A stretch of DNA of 64,000 nucleotides from Eledone cirrhosa (GCA_964016885.1 OZ024743.1:284022001-284086000), one strand, 5' to 3'; counted from the stretch's first letter, positions 36,465 through 50,952 are shown. Notes: generated from the letters alone by a model not told the origin. Made by a program: numbers and translations.

Positions 36465-38455
36465 CTGTAAACATATGTCAACATTAGTTATCAAGAAGCT
36501 GTTTTACCTTTTAGATTTTTTTTAGCAGGGTGATCAGAACATTTTCTGGTGGATGACATTTCTTCAATGAAAACAGATTTTTATAGTCAATCTATGAGAT
36601 TGGATGTGAATGATTTGTGGAAATATTTTGTTGTGGATATCAATTTGCTTCTTCATGTAATAAATATAACCACCATCTATGTATCATATATTTGGTGTTG
36701 ACATCAAAAACTGAAGAGCACTACATTAATGATGTATTTTAGAGTATTAAAGTTTTGGAATGTTTTATTTCTGCCTGAAAAAAAGATCCTAGATTTCCTT
36801 GTTCTAGTTGGTAAACATGACATTTATTTTGTAATCAGTCAAATCATTGTATAATAATAATACCAGTGACAATGTGGAAAACTTAAAAATATAAGAAACT
36901 AGTAACTTTATTTTCATATACACATAAATATAGTGTACTTTCATAGATTCTAAAATTAATTACCCTACAGTCTCTTATCAAACATATCTATGAATAACAC
37001 TGTAAAATAAGAGAACTCTCTTCAACTAAGCATTATTATTACAAATATTTAAAGCAATTTTACTAATTTTACTTAAATATATCAAATAGAAGAATAAAAA
37101 CTGGGTGACATATTGGTTTTTCCCAATTTTTTTGAATTCTTTTGAAACTACAAACTTAATTAAATATAATACTTTTTTTTATTTATTAATCCTTGATTAA
37201 ATATACATTTTTAAATTGAGGGCAGTTACAGATATATAAAAGATATGAATAACCAAAAGTGAGAACCAGAAACCTCTTTATCTTCATTTAGTTGGCAAAC
37301 AATTGAGGTGATCCTCACGAGAACGAGTTTTGCTGTCATTCTTCTTAGATATTTTAGGTTTTGGACGCAATATTTTCATGATTTTTATGATTTTCAACAT
37401 AAGGAAACATTTTCTTGGATTGCACTCTTATTAATTATAACTCTTCTGAATAGGATTTTCAGATGACATAAACATTCATGGACAGGGTTATAACTTAACT
37501 TCATTCAGTTTGTGTAGAAAAATTTAGCAAATCAAAAACAAATTTCTTCTCTGTCTGTATAAGTATCTACTCCCCAAATGCCTGATAGCAATCCACCATA
37601 GTTAGGTGAGCAGAAACATGTAAAATAAAGTTTCTGTCCATGGACATAATCAAGAAAAAGGATAGTCCACTAGGCTATTTCAAAACTGACTGGTAGTTTT
37701 ATAGCTTTAAGATTTCAGAATTGCTTTCACCTAGATATTCAGAAGGATGGGAAAGAAAGAAGGAGGGAATGAAAGACAGAGGGAGTAAAAGGATGGAAAG
37801 AAAGAGAAAAAAGAAAATGGGAGAGAGTATATAAAAAAAATATTAAATAACAGTCTTATTTTAAATACCAGAGAGTATGCTGTTGATTTTATGATTCACT
37901 GATGAATCTAGCTAGTTATTAGACTAAAATTTATATAATTTTGATTCTATAAAAATTAATTATTAGCAATATTTGTAAAGATAAAAATCATTCCTTTATA
38001 TGTGAGAGTTTAAAATAAATACATAAGAAAAAGATTAATGGCAGGTGCCAAAGATCAGTCCAGCCAAAATGCAATGAAAAAATGTTTCTTCCTGAGAGTG
38101 TTACATGCATCAGTGTTAACAATTATGATTTAGCAACTGGTATGCGCAAATATTTAATAGTAATAAATATATTATGTGCAATGCATTTGTCAAAATAAAA
38201 TTACAATTATAATTACATATGTATAAAAAAACGAAAATGAAATATGTTTTTGTTAAAAATTTTTTTTCAGAATTATGCATATTTTAGAGTGGCATTCGAA
38301 ACATGTCAAGATTAAAGAATTAAAGATTTCAGTAAATTTCAAATATATGCAATGCAATGTTCAAAATATATGCCCCAGCCAAAGTTCCAGAAAATCAGGC
38401 AAAATTACCAAATTATAAGGAATGGTGTCCTAAAGTGTTATATATATATATATTG

Positions 38456-38785
38456 GAGGCACATGGCTTAGTGGTTAGAGCATTGGCCTTGCAATCGAAA
38501 GGTTGTGAGTTCAATTCTCAGACCGGGTGATGTGTTGTTTCCTTGAGCAAGACACTTTATTTCACATTGCTCCAATTTACTCAGCTGTAGAAATGAGATG
38601 ATAGGGACTGGGGTCCCTATCATTCCACTGCAAAGTGATCGTGTAGGTGCCACGGCAAAAACCACCCCGCACTCACTGTAAATGAGATTGGTGTTAGGAA
38701 AGGCATCCAGCTGTAGAAATCAAGCCAGAATCAGTTCCTGTCCCACCCTTGCAAGCAGGGAAAAGTGGACATAAAATGATGATGA
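38456..38785 (+). mobile_element. tRNA/CORE-like SINE with RTE tail, copy 2
   Basis: Near-identical to 16697-17078 but lacking one internal tandem unit. Confidence 0.9.
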
Positions 38786-39042
38786 ATGAATGAATGAATG
38801 AAATATATATATAAATTGATTAAAGGTGTTTATCATTTTTTTCAATTTACAGGAAAATTCGTATTTTGTTGCATGTTTACATGCATACATATTAGATATG
38901 TGTATATATCTATACACATCAGTGCAGTCTTGGTTACACAATCTGTATTTATACAGGTATAATTCTCTATATATAAACATATGTATGATGTGTGTATCAG
39001 TCACTGTAAACATCTTCGTATCAACACTATTTAAAGCAAAGC

Positions 39043-39222
39043 GAGGGTCTGATGCCATGCTTTGCAGCAAAGAGTTATGGCCCTTTATGATCTGAGTTCA
39101 AATCCCGCCGGGGTTAACTTTGCCTTTCATCCTTATGAGGTCGATAAAATAAAGCACCAATAATACACTGGGATAATTGCTGGCCTTGTGTCAAAAGTAG
39201 AAACAAGTATTTAAAGCAAAGC
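39043..39222 (+). mobile_element. 5'-truncated SINE family B copy with 15-bp TSD
   Basis: TATTTAAAGCAAAGC at 39028-39042 and 39208-39222. Confidence 0.9.
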
Positions 39223-39789
39223 AATGACATTTGTGTGTTCCCCATAAACAATACTTCCCACAAACATCAGCGGTATATATATATAAAATCGCTATTTCAG
39301 AGCCCCAATCCTAATATCTAATTTTTGAGGACCGGCAATCGCTCTGTATAATCAGCTCCTCATTATTACTGGAATTCTATAAGAATCCAGTTTCTATAAT
39401 TTTCGGCGGAAGAAGGGGAGTACGTGGCTCTGATGAATGCCAACCAGTGTGAAACAGACTGTCAGCTTCTCTCTCTTCTTTCGCCGAAGAGAAGTAAGTG
39501 ACATAGTCACTACTTTAAAACTGATAGCGTATGGTCTTCTAAATGTTTTTAATAAAACATACGGTATATTGTTAAATATACTATACATACATATATATAT
39601 ATATATATACATGGTGGCTGCCAACTCGTTTTCGAGTAAGGCCACTACTTTATATCCATGTAGGAGAACCCCTACCGATGCGCTGAACGAGTGTGACTTT
39701 TTAGTCCAGCGACTTGAAAACACTAGTACAAACACTACACTTGTGACAATTATTGACGACAAGTGCAGAGAGATCTCCAGATATAAAGC

Positions 39790-40150
39790 AATGCCTGTGC
39801 CGTGAAGCTTTTATAGTGAGCAAAGGCACTGCACAAAGCCAGTCCCACTCTCTTAACCAAGATAATATTTACCAAAAAGAAGAACAAGTCAACATCATTG
39901 GATACCATCAGAGTTGCAGGTGTTATATCAGAGTTTTCCTTCTCCTAGAATTCTGCCTTGACAAAGGCTAAGGGGTCATCTCTCCCGGTGATTTTGGATG
40001 GCCATTGACACTTAAGAGTTCCTTTGCCCTTTGACAGGTTTTGTTTTTAGTCCTGTAGGATGTCCAAAGTCACCCTCCTCACCAAGAAACCTTGGTGGGG
40101 TTGCCAGTTTAGTCACCAATGACCCGACCGTGGGACAGGTTGTACTGGAA
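39790..40150 (-). mobile_element. Probable RTE 5' UTR remnant
   Basis: GC-richer structured segment with RTE-like motifs (GGCAGAATTCTAGGAGAAGGAAAACTC on minus strand); family not certain. Confidence 0.45.
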
Positions 40151-40350
40151 TATATATACATACATACATCATCATTATTGTTTAATGTGTGCTTTCCCCA
40201 CTAGCTGATGATTCCTTGTCAATACTTAAAGCTTCTCACTCTGTATGATCCTTGAAAAATAAGGATAACACATAGTAAGAAACCCTATTTAGTGATGAAA
40301 TGAACTATAAGCTTTGAATAAATAGAAAAAAATAATGTTAAATGATGATG

Positions 40351-40386
<36 letters not shown>

Positions 40387-40413
40387 TGTTTTGAAACAGT
40401 GAGCAGGTTTGAA

Positions 40414-40628
40414 ATTAGAAAATAGAATAGCTTTCACCGTATTTTTTTACTAAAGAAATTTTAGTCTGATAATGGGGTTTAGAACCCTCAGATAAATAAT
40501 AAAAAGATGAGTATTGACGTGTACGTCAATACTCATTTTTTTCTATTTATTTGAGTGTTCTAGACCCCATTATCAGACTAAAATTTCTTTAGTAAAAAAA
40601 TACGGTGAAAGGTATTCTATTTTCTAAT
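40414..40628. repeat. Near-perfect ~215-bp palindrome
   Basis: Centre ATGAGTATTGACGT-GT-ACGTCAATACTCAT; arms pair out to ATTAGAAAATAGAATA / TATTCTATTTTCTAAT. Confidence 0.92.
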
Positions 40629-40709
40629 ATATATATCTAAGGCGGGTAAAATTCCCGAGATCCATGGACGAGTTCTCTCCAGCGGTCTCTGTCCCTCATT
40701 ATCGCTGCC

Positions 40710-40960
40710 ACGAGAATGTTGAGGATGGCTCTGAACATTAATCAGTATACACTGAGGATGAAAAACAGAGCTGTATGGGAGCATCCCAAAAGTCAGCTCA
40801 AAAGTGACACAGAGGAGACTGAGGTTAGCTGGACATGCTCACCGACATCCAGAGTTGACATTGCACTCAGTGCTCCTTTGGGAGCCCCTACATGGATACA
40901 CTAGAAGAGGAAGACCAAGGTTAACGTATGTTGATGCCCTAAAGACAGACGCAGGACATG
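40710..40960 (+). mobile_element. RTE 3' RT fragment
   Basis: RMLRMALNI, QRRLRLAGHAHRH, RRGRPRLTYVD. Confidence 0.8.
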
Positions 40961-40966
40961 GCAGCG

Positions 40967-41006
<40 letters not shown>

Positions 41007-41405
41007 TCACAATTTAAAACACAATCAGTCACTCTCCCCTCCACTATCTAGCTTGCAATTGCAGAACTATCTAGAATTGTCTACTTCAAATATTTTTCTT
41101 TTTTAAGAACAATTATAACATTTGCTGAGAGCATTTAAAGGAATTACAAGAGACTTATGGAGAATATGTTCAAGATCAAATACAACCAATATATACATTA
41201 ATGTAGCTCCAGAGATAGAATAAATTCCATTCCCCTATCTCAAATCAAGGGATATTGGGACCTGAAACACCTCCATAATATGAACATTGTGTTTATCTGA
41301 ATGCTAATGGGAAATTTACTGATTTTAACTAATAAAGGTGATTGCTAGAACTTTGGCTGAGACAATGTAATTGTGCTTCAAGTATAAATATTGTTTATTA
41401 TATTG

Positions 41406-41456
<51 letters not shown>

Positions 41457-41933
41457 CATCATCATCATCATCATTAATGTTGCTGTTATCATTAGTTTTG
41501 TTAGTTTGATAAGGTGAAGTTGCAATTTTGTTTTTCTTGTGTAGTTATGTTGTTTTATTGTAGAGAGAGAGAGAGAGAGAGGTGTCTGTGGAAGAAAAGT
41601 AATATATAAACATTGCAGATATTTGATGATGTGTCAAAATAATTACGTAGTGATTTAAATCAGAGTCGGATTAAGGTATGTGAAATTCTAAGGATAAAAG
41701 ATTCTTTTTGGTTCAGTATAGAGAAAAAGTAATTTTTTGAATTGCTAAACATCTTACAATGGTCCCTGATGTAGCCATTAGCTTTGAATAGTCTTCTTCA
41801 ATCCGGCTCTGATCTGAACAGTTTATTATAATTATAAGAAGAAGAAGAAGGAGGAGAAGAAGAAGAAGATGAAAATATATATAATAAATAAATAATGGAA
41901 ATCAAAAGAAAATAAAAAAATGGTTTGACTTAC

Positions 41934-42265
41934 CTGCTTGGTTTGCTAGTGTGGCTATCTTTGCGTAAAGGCATTATTTCATTAGCAGGTGCCACTTTGA
42001 CAGGACCAAGAGGTGTTGCTGATCGATTGATGGAGTTTATCAAGTCAATATTGATATGGTTGCATGACAATGCAGGTGATACTTTACCATTAATAGAGTT
42101 CTGAGGAGACAGCTTTGATTGAGGGGCATTTAGGGAATTTGTGGGTGAAACTTTGGGATGAGGTTGGGTATGGTTTAAATGTAAGGATTGTGTTCGATTA
42201 CTAAAGGGTATTGGTTTATGGCCAGTTAGAGCTGATACAACTGTACCAAACAAACTATGATTTCT
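41934..42265 (-). CDS. Cav1: Cav1 C-terminal exon (RNHSLFGTVVSALTGHKP...KDSHTSKPS)
   Basis: 332 nt open frame, tgcag| and |gtaagt; HR-RNHSLFG junction resembles the Cav1 RRxxxLFG motif. Confidence 0.92.
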
Positions 42266-42617
42266 CTGCAAAATAAATAAAAAATGTCATTGAATATGTA
42301 TTATTTTAAATATATAAGTAACAAGAAAATAAATATTTATTTAGAACAGAATTATTGAACTATATTTATACAAGAATCTGTGCTGTTGTGATCATGCAGC
42401 ACTTCTGTTGATGGCCAAAACATTTTTTACACCAGTGTGATAAACTGTAGCTTAACGTGCTAAACATAAATTAATATCCCTCATGACACATTAAACAATG
42501 TAGTCAGAGACAACCCTAAAAAGATGGCTGGGTTTAAATAATAACAACTAACAACAGAATTGAAAGCCTGAAAGCTTTTAAAAATACCCATATTCAAAAT
42601 AATACAAACTGACATAC

Positions 42618-42728
42618 CCTATGCATAGGTTCTTCAACATCTCTTTCAGGAAAGTCTTCTTCTTCAAGATTTCCTGATATGGCTCTTCTAATTTCTGGAC
42701 CAAGATCATGCACCGCACGTAATCCAGC
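42618..42728 (-). CDS. Cav1: Cav1 exon, PCRD (AGLRAVHDLGPEIRRAISGNLEEEDFPERDVEEPMHR)
   Basis: 111 nt, phase 0-0; GPEIRRAISG matches the vertebrate Cav1.2 proximal C-terminal regulatory domain with RRxxS site. Confidence 0.96.
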
Positions 42729-42911
42729 CTGAAAAATAGATTGAACAAAAAATTCAAGTTATTTTAACATTTGACCAAAGGTACTTTTGTTATGACACCA
42801 GTATGACCACCTTACAGGGTAAACTGTATGCTGTTTCTATGGCACCAGCACTATCACCTTATATGGTGAACTGGGTGCTTTTTGTTGTGGCACTAATACG
42901 ACTATCTAGGA

Positions 42912-43478
42912 CAGGGTTTTCAACCCTTTTTCAGCCAACGGCGCCTTTGGGCGCAAACTTTTTTGTCAACACCCACCCTGTCAAATCAAATTTCAAATAA
43001 GATACTGAATTAATCTTACATCAAATGGGTACAAAACCTAAAACAAATGTGTGTGTGCATGTGCGTGTTGGTTGGGCCTTTAATCGCCAGGGGTCAATTT
43101 AAGTTCAATCCCAGAAAGGGATTCAAAACGGCGACACACTCATATACATGCAATCATATACATACAAACACATACATATCAGCCACTCCCAAAAGCCAGT
43201 TTCATCCAAAATTCTGACCACCATTCTTTTCGTTTTTATTCATTGTTTTCTTTTTTTTCTTTTAGTCGTCTGTCACCATTCATCTGTTTTTTGTTTTTGT
43301 TTTGGGGATTTCACTTTAGCGACACCAGTTATACCAGTTCTTGAAAATTTGAAAGAAAAAAGTGGATAAAATGCCCACCGCCCACCTGAGTGTATTCACG
43401 GCCCCACCAAATGAAATAAAAACTCCCAGTGCCCCCTTTCAACACAACAGCACCCACATTGGGAAAGATTAATCTAGG
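42912..43478. mobile_element. Possible hAT-type non-autonomous element
   Basis: Starts CAGGGTTTTCAACC; ATCTAGG on both flanks; right TIR decayed. Confidence 0.35.
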
Positions 43479-45103
43479 GTGTTGGTTATCATATCACAAG
43501 TGCTACTTCATTATGACATTTGGATGCTCATTGTGTCCTTGGCCCAACTGGGGAGGCAACAACGAGAATAAATGAGAGAGTAAACATTAAGCTACTTTTG
43601 CTTACTAAAAGAGGGGGAAGGGACCCCACAATGGGAGAGCAATGTGACCTTGAGGAGAATAAGTTATGCTTGGCAGTATATTGTGGAATGTGTTTGATTT
43701 TCCATGCATGGGTTGGACAGGACAGGTGCACCAGGGATGTGGTAAGGGGCTGCACATCATCATAATTGTCTTCTTTTAACCCATAACTCCACTGAAATAA
43801 CATAGTGTTTCTTGGGCATATTTAAAACTTGGAAGAGCTCATCTCTCCAAGTCAAATAAAGCTGATTTCTTCCAGAAAAGGAGAAAGCTATAAAGGAAGA
43901 ATTGACTCCAGTACAGGACTGGTACTTTTTTTTATCAACCATGAAAGGATGAAAGACAAAGTTGAGCTCAGTGGGATTTGAACTCCTAGCACAGAGAGCC
44001 AGAATGAATACCGAAAAGTATTCAATCTGACATTCTAATGACTCTACCAATTTGCCACCTATTATCATCATTTTATATTTGTTTATTTTATGTTTGTATC
44101 AGCTGGACAGATCTTCTTCAATACAGCATCTTGCCACTTGTTGCAATCCTTTGCTATTGTTGTATTATCATTTAATGTAACAGAAATTTATTACCGATGA
44201 ATCTACATCTCCCTGTTCATTCTTTGGCATCCATCACTGACTTCAATATTAGATTTACTGACCAAAGACTCATCACATTTCATTTGTTTTTGTAAATCAC
44301 CATTTTGATTACTAGGGTAATATATATATATATTTCCCCTCACATTGCTGTACATTCTTGTACACTACTGCATCCATCCTCCTCAGCACATTTTCTTATT
44401 TGGTCATTGAGCACTAGAACATTTCTGCCATTTTGTATTAGAATGTTAAAGATTTTATTACAAAATGTAACTGGTTCAATAATTATCAGAGAATATCATT
44501 AAAAATTCTATAAATATTATGTGGAAATGTTCTTGTTGATATTTCTAACATTCTTTGTATCTTATAGCAAAATTCACTTTGTTACAAACACTCAGACCAG
44601 GGATTTTGTCTGCAGGTAATACAAACTTTTGAAGTACAATTCTTATGATTTTCTTTATGTGGTGTCACTGTTGGTAAGAGAGTGCAAATCAAAAATGTTT
44701 TGTAGAAGAGGCCGACAGCCAGCTAACACAAGAGCCAGCTTCATGGGTAACACCTTAGAAGGCTGCTTTATCAGTTGGCACCTAATCCATTATCCTTCTC
44801 TATCCCACTTTATGAATGATACCCAAGTGAGCACAACATTTTGTTAGAATAGAAAACAAAGAAATCAGTATTTGATGAACAATTAGCACATTTGGGAGAG
44901 AAATTAAAAGCAAATATTTATCTGAAGTACAATATTCAAAATGTTATAATTAATGCAGTAATTCAAAGGGAAAATTGTTATCTAAGGCAGAACAGCTTAA
45001 TTAAGAAGAGAAAAATAGACAAATGAAGAGCATGGGAAAGAAGAATGAATCAGAGAAAGAAGAGTGAAGAACCCCCCCAAAAAAGAATGCAATGGCATCA
45101 TAC

Positions 45104-45234
45104 CTGTAAAGCATTTGTGTGTTCCTGCCCTTTTTGAATCTTTTGTATTTGTTCTTTTCGCTTTTTGAACCGTCGGAAATAATCCTGGATTAGGAAGGTT
45201 GCATAGAATTTCCCCACTGTAACTTCATCATCCC
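45104..45234 (-). CDS. Cav1: Cav1 exon, calmodulin-binding IQ motif ([28 protein letters not shown]...NALQ)
   Basis: 131 nt, acacag| and |gtatga; canonical Cav1 IQ motif. Confidence 0.97.
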
Positions 45235-47048
45235 CTGTGTAAGGCATAGGAAATAAGACCAACTTCAGTATTAAGTGAACTGATTTAAAATCAGATATAC
45301 AAAACAGAATAGGACAGCATCGGATAGCCCGTTGTAATAATTATTCATTTAATAATCCATTCAAATCTATGCTTAATCCTTTAACAAATCTGAAGAAAAA
45401 ACATGTCTGGTTTCATAGCATTCATTTTTGTTTTGACAGTACTGACTTGGTCTATGTAGACCTGTCCAACCCTTTCTAGCAGGGAAAGTGGACATTAAGT
45501 GATGATGATGATGATGATGATATGAATGTAGACTTTAACCTGCATTCAGCAACAAGTTATAAACTACATTAGATTAAAACTTAATTATTGGGAGTTTTAT
45601 TTTCTATACTCACTTTTCATTTTTAGAATGTATTACAGTCTTCTGTCATATGATATATACCCTAACTTTATTTTAATGTATGATCATAGATTAGCAGAGG
45701 TGAAAATTTATATTAGCAAATTATCTCATAGCTGATATTGCTTGGATTCAAGTCAGTGTAAAGTTGGAGGCCAATATATGTAAATATAATTGATATATTT
45801 ATCAAAATTAGTGGCCAATGTTAATTCTGTAATCATAACATATTGCAGAAAAATTAAAATATAATAAGGATTTTAAAAGTATTTGGTTACTTTGAAATTT
45901 GGCAGTGCCTTAAGTTAGAGTTAAGTTCCTGGTGAGATGCACTTTTGAGTTTCTGATTTTAGTTAAAGACTATTCTACTTCACCTTCATTGTAAATACTT
46001 TTGGGAAAAGGAATGATTATCACAACTTCCCAACTCTCTATGAAGTTAATGCCTTGTGCCAATATATGACTTTTAAAATTATTTGTATTTTTTTTAAATT
46101 GAAGATAATCAAAACAGTGGAAATTTTACTGTTTTGCCTTTTGGTATCTTATTATTCTGAGTTGATATTCTGCCAAGGTCTACTTTGGTTTTCATTTCTT
46201 TGAATCTGATAAAATTAAGTACAAATAATATATACCTAGGATGAATTCAATCAGTATAGCTCCTCACTACAAAGAATTAACCTTAAGTTTAGTTGAAACA
46301 AATCAATAGTATTTTTATCCAAACTATCAACATCACAATAATAATAAAAATAATGGTAATAAAGCAGAAGATTCAGCAATTAGCCAACAAGATTCAAATG
46401 TAGAGGTAATTACAGAGTTAGCAGCAATAGTAGCAGCAATAGCAGCAGTACACATATATATGGCAATAACAAAGAGAGAGAAAGGGAGTAGCAATAACAG
46501 ATAAAGATGATATATATATATATATGTGTGTGTTTACATATGGTTACTTTTTTTCACAACATAAAAGTGCTTGATACACAATTGTGGTAGAAGTGCACAG
46601 ACTCAGTTGTGTCAGTGAAAAAGAGAAAGTAGGCACGTGTGGAAATTAAACTCCTGATCCTTTACCACTGGTTTCATGTAGCTGCATGTGAGAATACAAA
46701 AAGTAGCAAAAGGTTTTGATTACTAACTTATTTAAGATAATCTGCTGTCTTCATGCAAATATCAGCAGTAGTTTGAACACTTCCATTGTTATATTCTCAG
46801 AGATCTTAATGTCAACAACAGCGACTGGCTTTCAAATTCAGCCATTCCAATGCAGCTGGTGCAGAGGCTGAATTGCACACATCAGGTTATTTTATCTAAC
46901 TAATGACCTTCATTTGTTGACCAACTCTCTAAACCCTCAATAGGGACCTTTCATCTCTACCTCATCCAACACATTCTACTTTTTGAAGTATTGAATACCT
47001 TTCCTTTATGCAATTACTTTGTTCTGACAAATAAACTCACAAGTATAT

Positions 47049-47127
<79 letters not shown>

Positions 47128-47616
47128 CAGTAAGAAGCTCACAGGAGAGCTAGACAGCAGAAGGTCTTCAGAGAAGAAACCCCACCTCAAGCTAGTGTTT
47201 TGGCCCTTAACTTCTAAATACACATATTTACAAAGGTAGCTGTTTTATGTATGTAAAATGTCCTAACATTAACTGAATGACCACTCAATATATGTGAACA
47301 GAGTGTAATATATATTTTCTGAAGAAAATGGTGGTAATGACTTGGAAGTTTCAGTGAATGCTTCTTCAGACTGCCTATAGTTTGCTAATTTGTTGTGGAA
47401 CTAACTATATACTGAATTCGTCCTTTGGACTGAGTGCTCTACCAACTATGGATATAACCACCTGTTTTTTTTTACCACTATATATATGTATGATGTATCT
47501 AAATGTGAGTGTGTGCATGTATTTAGCTATAAACACACACACATATGGTCAACATCATTATTTTTATGGAAAGATGGACATAAAATGATGATAACATATG
47601 TATACACACTCACACA

Positions 47617-47656
<40 letters not shown>

Positions 47657-50339
47657 TGTATATATATATATAGATATATATATGTATGTGTGTGTGCATA
47701 TACATATTCATACATTAATAATATATAACTACATTACATGGTCAAACAGCATCACCCTCTATTATCCAATACATTTTATATTAATTATTCAGCTTGAATA
47801 GAAAATAGTTTTCAATGCAAGTCTATCAACGATATTATCTAGTAAGAAGAAATAGTTATTAGATTAAATGTTTTATTATCATGGTTAAAACTAAATCCAT
47901 AAAAAGAATGAATACCAAGTCATTTGTTAAAGCAAACTAACATCCAGACATTTCTGACATTGAAATGAAAATTGAACAATTGAATATATGTTGGAATGCC
48001 TTATGAATATTATAATGATAGAAACAGAGTAACAAGAGAAAATGTAGAAAATAAAAGAAAGAAAGAAAAGACTATAGCTAGACTAAGCAGACATTTTGTT
48101 CAATGAAAATTATCATTATCATTCAAAACTGTATATAATGAACATTCACAAAGCAAATGTAGATTTATTTGGTTTAGCTGTCAGCAAGACATGTCATGCA
48201 GTATTTTCTTCTCAAAGCAATTTTATTTTATTAAATATCAAGAAGAAAAAGAAGATTCTGGATTTTTCTTTTGTTTTATATTTTAGAAATTTGTCATAAA
48301 ACTTATTAAATTTCACACTAATTTCAACAAAACTCTTAAAAGAACCAAGGAAGATAAATAATTTGGTGAAACAACAATAACAGGAAATTCATTTCTTTCT
48401 TTCCTGAATGGAAAATTAAAATGAAACACTTGATAAACTCTACATTTCAATACTGACTATTATGTATTTCTAAAAAAAAAAACCATTACTGTTCTTATTA
48501 TTACTATTATTTTTATCATTTGTTGAAGGCATTCCAACAGTGGGTATGAATTTATCTGATTTCACACCCTTTTATTTTATAATGGACAGCTACCATTGAC
48601 TTTTGAACCAAATAGCAATAGATAATATACAGAAGTGAATGGTAGATGTCTTGATCACGTATGTTGGTCTCTGGGGTTGATAAGGGTAGTGTGTGGGAGG
48701 GAGAGAGGGAGAGAAGGATAGAGGAAAGGATGTCCAAGGATAATGAAAGGGAAGAACAGCTACACAAAATATATAGAAAGGATTTACAAACAACAAAAGA
48801 CAAGGGAAATAAAATGAAATTTAGTGCCATATGATGAGTAATTGTGTAGCTTTAACTGTAATTTTCTTTTTCAAAACTTAATATGTATCTGTGTCTTTAT
48901 ATAGTTACATAGGGTTGTTAAATAAATATAGACATGTTCATTACTTATATGAAAGGGTTTTATTAGTTCACCTTGTAACTGTCTAACAGGTATATATTGA
49001 ATGTCATTAAACCAACCTTAACCCTAGGTGCTTATGGGAGCAAGGTGCTTTTACTGAATATTTTAGAGTATATTTTCCTGGAACATCAGATTGGAATTTG
49101 ATACAGAATTAAATTTTCCTCATGCTTTATGTTTCTTATTTCTGTTCAACATATTCCGAATAACCCAGATTATATTTAATTAATATAAGATTCCAGAAAC
49201 ACCAGTTGAAACTTTAATACAATGATTTTATTAACATATTTATTATTAATATATTGAGATTGAGTGAATTAGTTATATATCCCTTTTGCAAATTGGACTT
49301 GTGATTATATTTAATTGAGTTTGTATGTTGTGTAGAAGTGGTGGTTTGGAAGCAAACCTAAAGAGCTACTGAAACTTTACACTTTTCCCATGATAAAATG
49401 TGAAGAAATACATTTTGGTTTAGCAATGTGTCAAGATTTTATTTCTGTTGAGAACAAAGACACAACCACATGGTATGAGAATATTAACATTTTTTTTTTA
49501 TCTTGATGCTAGCTGTAATGAGAGATTGGCCCTTTTAGGAGCTCAAAGCAGGAAATATCAAAGAATAAGAGGACAAAGCTGGAGATTTTCACAGAGATTC
49601 ATGTTCTCTGGACATGGAAGACAAGGATGTTTACACTTAATACTTGATAAGTCAAGAAGAACATTGTATGTAATGACGATAAAGAGAGACCATGATAAAA
49701 TACTATTATTAAACAAAAAGTTTCTAAAATAATATTTCTGAAGTTTGATGGTAAGAGAGTATTTAGGTTCTTGAGTTTCTTGAGTTCTTAAATTGGCTTA
49801 AACCATGGCAATATTGCTGGATCACTTTCATGAATATATTTATGGAATATATCATGAAAGTAGCTAAGGATAAAGAGATGCTTTTGAAAACTTTAAAGGA
49901 ACAACAATAACAAGCATATGGTTTCAGCTTTTGGACTAGTTTATATCTATCTATCTTTCTCTCTCTATATATATATAAACTGGAAAGATACATGAAGAGA
50001 ATTGCTTTGATCAGTGACTGTAGAAATACCAATAGAGTAGGCAGAAATGAGCAAACATAGGCAAGCAATGCACAAGAGATTGCAGTTTGTATCTTATCTT
50101 ATAAATAATGATCTTAAATGATGCAATAAAAGTGGTCAGGACTATGATAAATATGTTCTTAATAAGAAAAAAAGATCGTTGCTGGACTAATCATTCTTAT
50201 TGTCGAAATAAGATATTAAAATTGTAACTTTATTGAACTAAGCTTTGTCTAATTTATCGAAGCACTTGTCCCTCTTTTTTCAATAGAAATAAGAGATTTT
50301 ATCTCATTCTATGAGCTGATATATAACTAATATATTTTG

Positions 50340-50492
50340 ATTGGCAGTATCGGTAGAGGGTCGGACGCCATGCTTTCCAGCATAGTTACGTCCCTTTACG
50401 ATCTGAGTTCAAATCCCGCCGTAAAATAAAGTACCAGTAATGAACTGGGTAATTGCTGGCCTTGTGCCTAAAGTAGAAACAAATATATTTTG
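50340..50492 (+). mobile_element. SINE family B copy with central deletion and 11-bp TSD
   Basis: AATATATTTTG at 50329-50339 and 50482-50492. Confidence 0.88.
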
Positions 50493-50919
50493 TAATGAGC
50501 TTTCACAATGACTACCCTTCATTTATTGAAATAAGATAAATAAAGGGCTGTTAACAATAGGTACTGTTAGCCTTCCTATTTATGTATTTCCATTTAGAGA
50601 ATGCAATTTCATCAGAAACCAATCTAAATAGAAGTGTATTTCTAAAAAAAGTTATATTCACTCTGACAGCACTTGAAATGTCAGGTCATAACTTCTTCAT
50701 ATAAATTAGAAGTCAGTACATTATCTTTCCCCTTTATACTTTAGATTTTCCTTACTTTGTATAAAAATTAAACTTTTGTAGATTCATAGGATTTCAAGTT
50801 CACAAATACATTTATATGAAACTCTTCATAAAAGGGAGTGAATTTAAATTTTTTAGCTCCCTGCTCCCTTTATATCACAAGTATTATTAGTCTATAAGCT
50901 TATCAATTCATAAATATTT

Positions 50920-50951
<32 letters not shown>

Positions 50952-50952
50952 A

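Noticed and set aside
45310-45335. Possible editing-complementary sequence for the IQ exon
   Set aside because: Only short, interrupted pairing; not distinguishable from chance.
46666-46681. 16-nt exon candidate between pre-IQ and IQ exons
   Set aside because: Would frameshift the conserved IQ region and has a weak pyrimidine tract.
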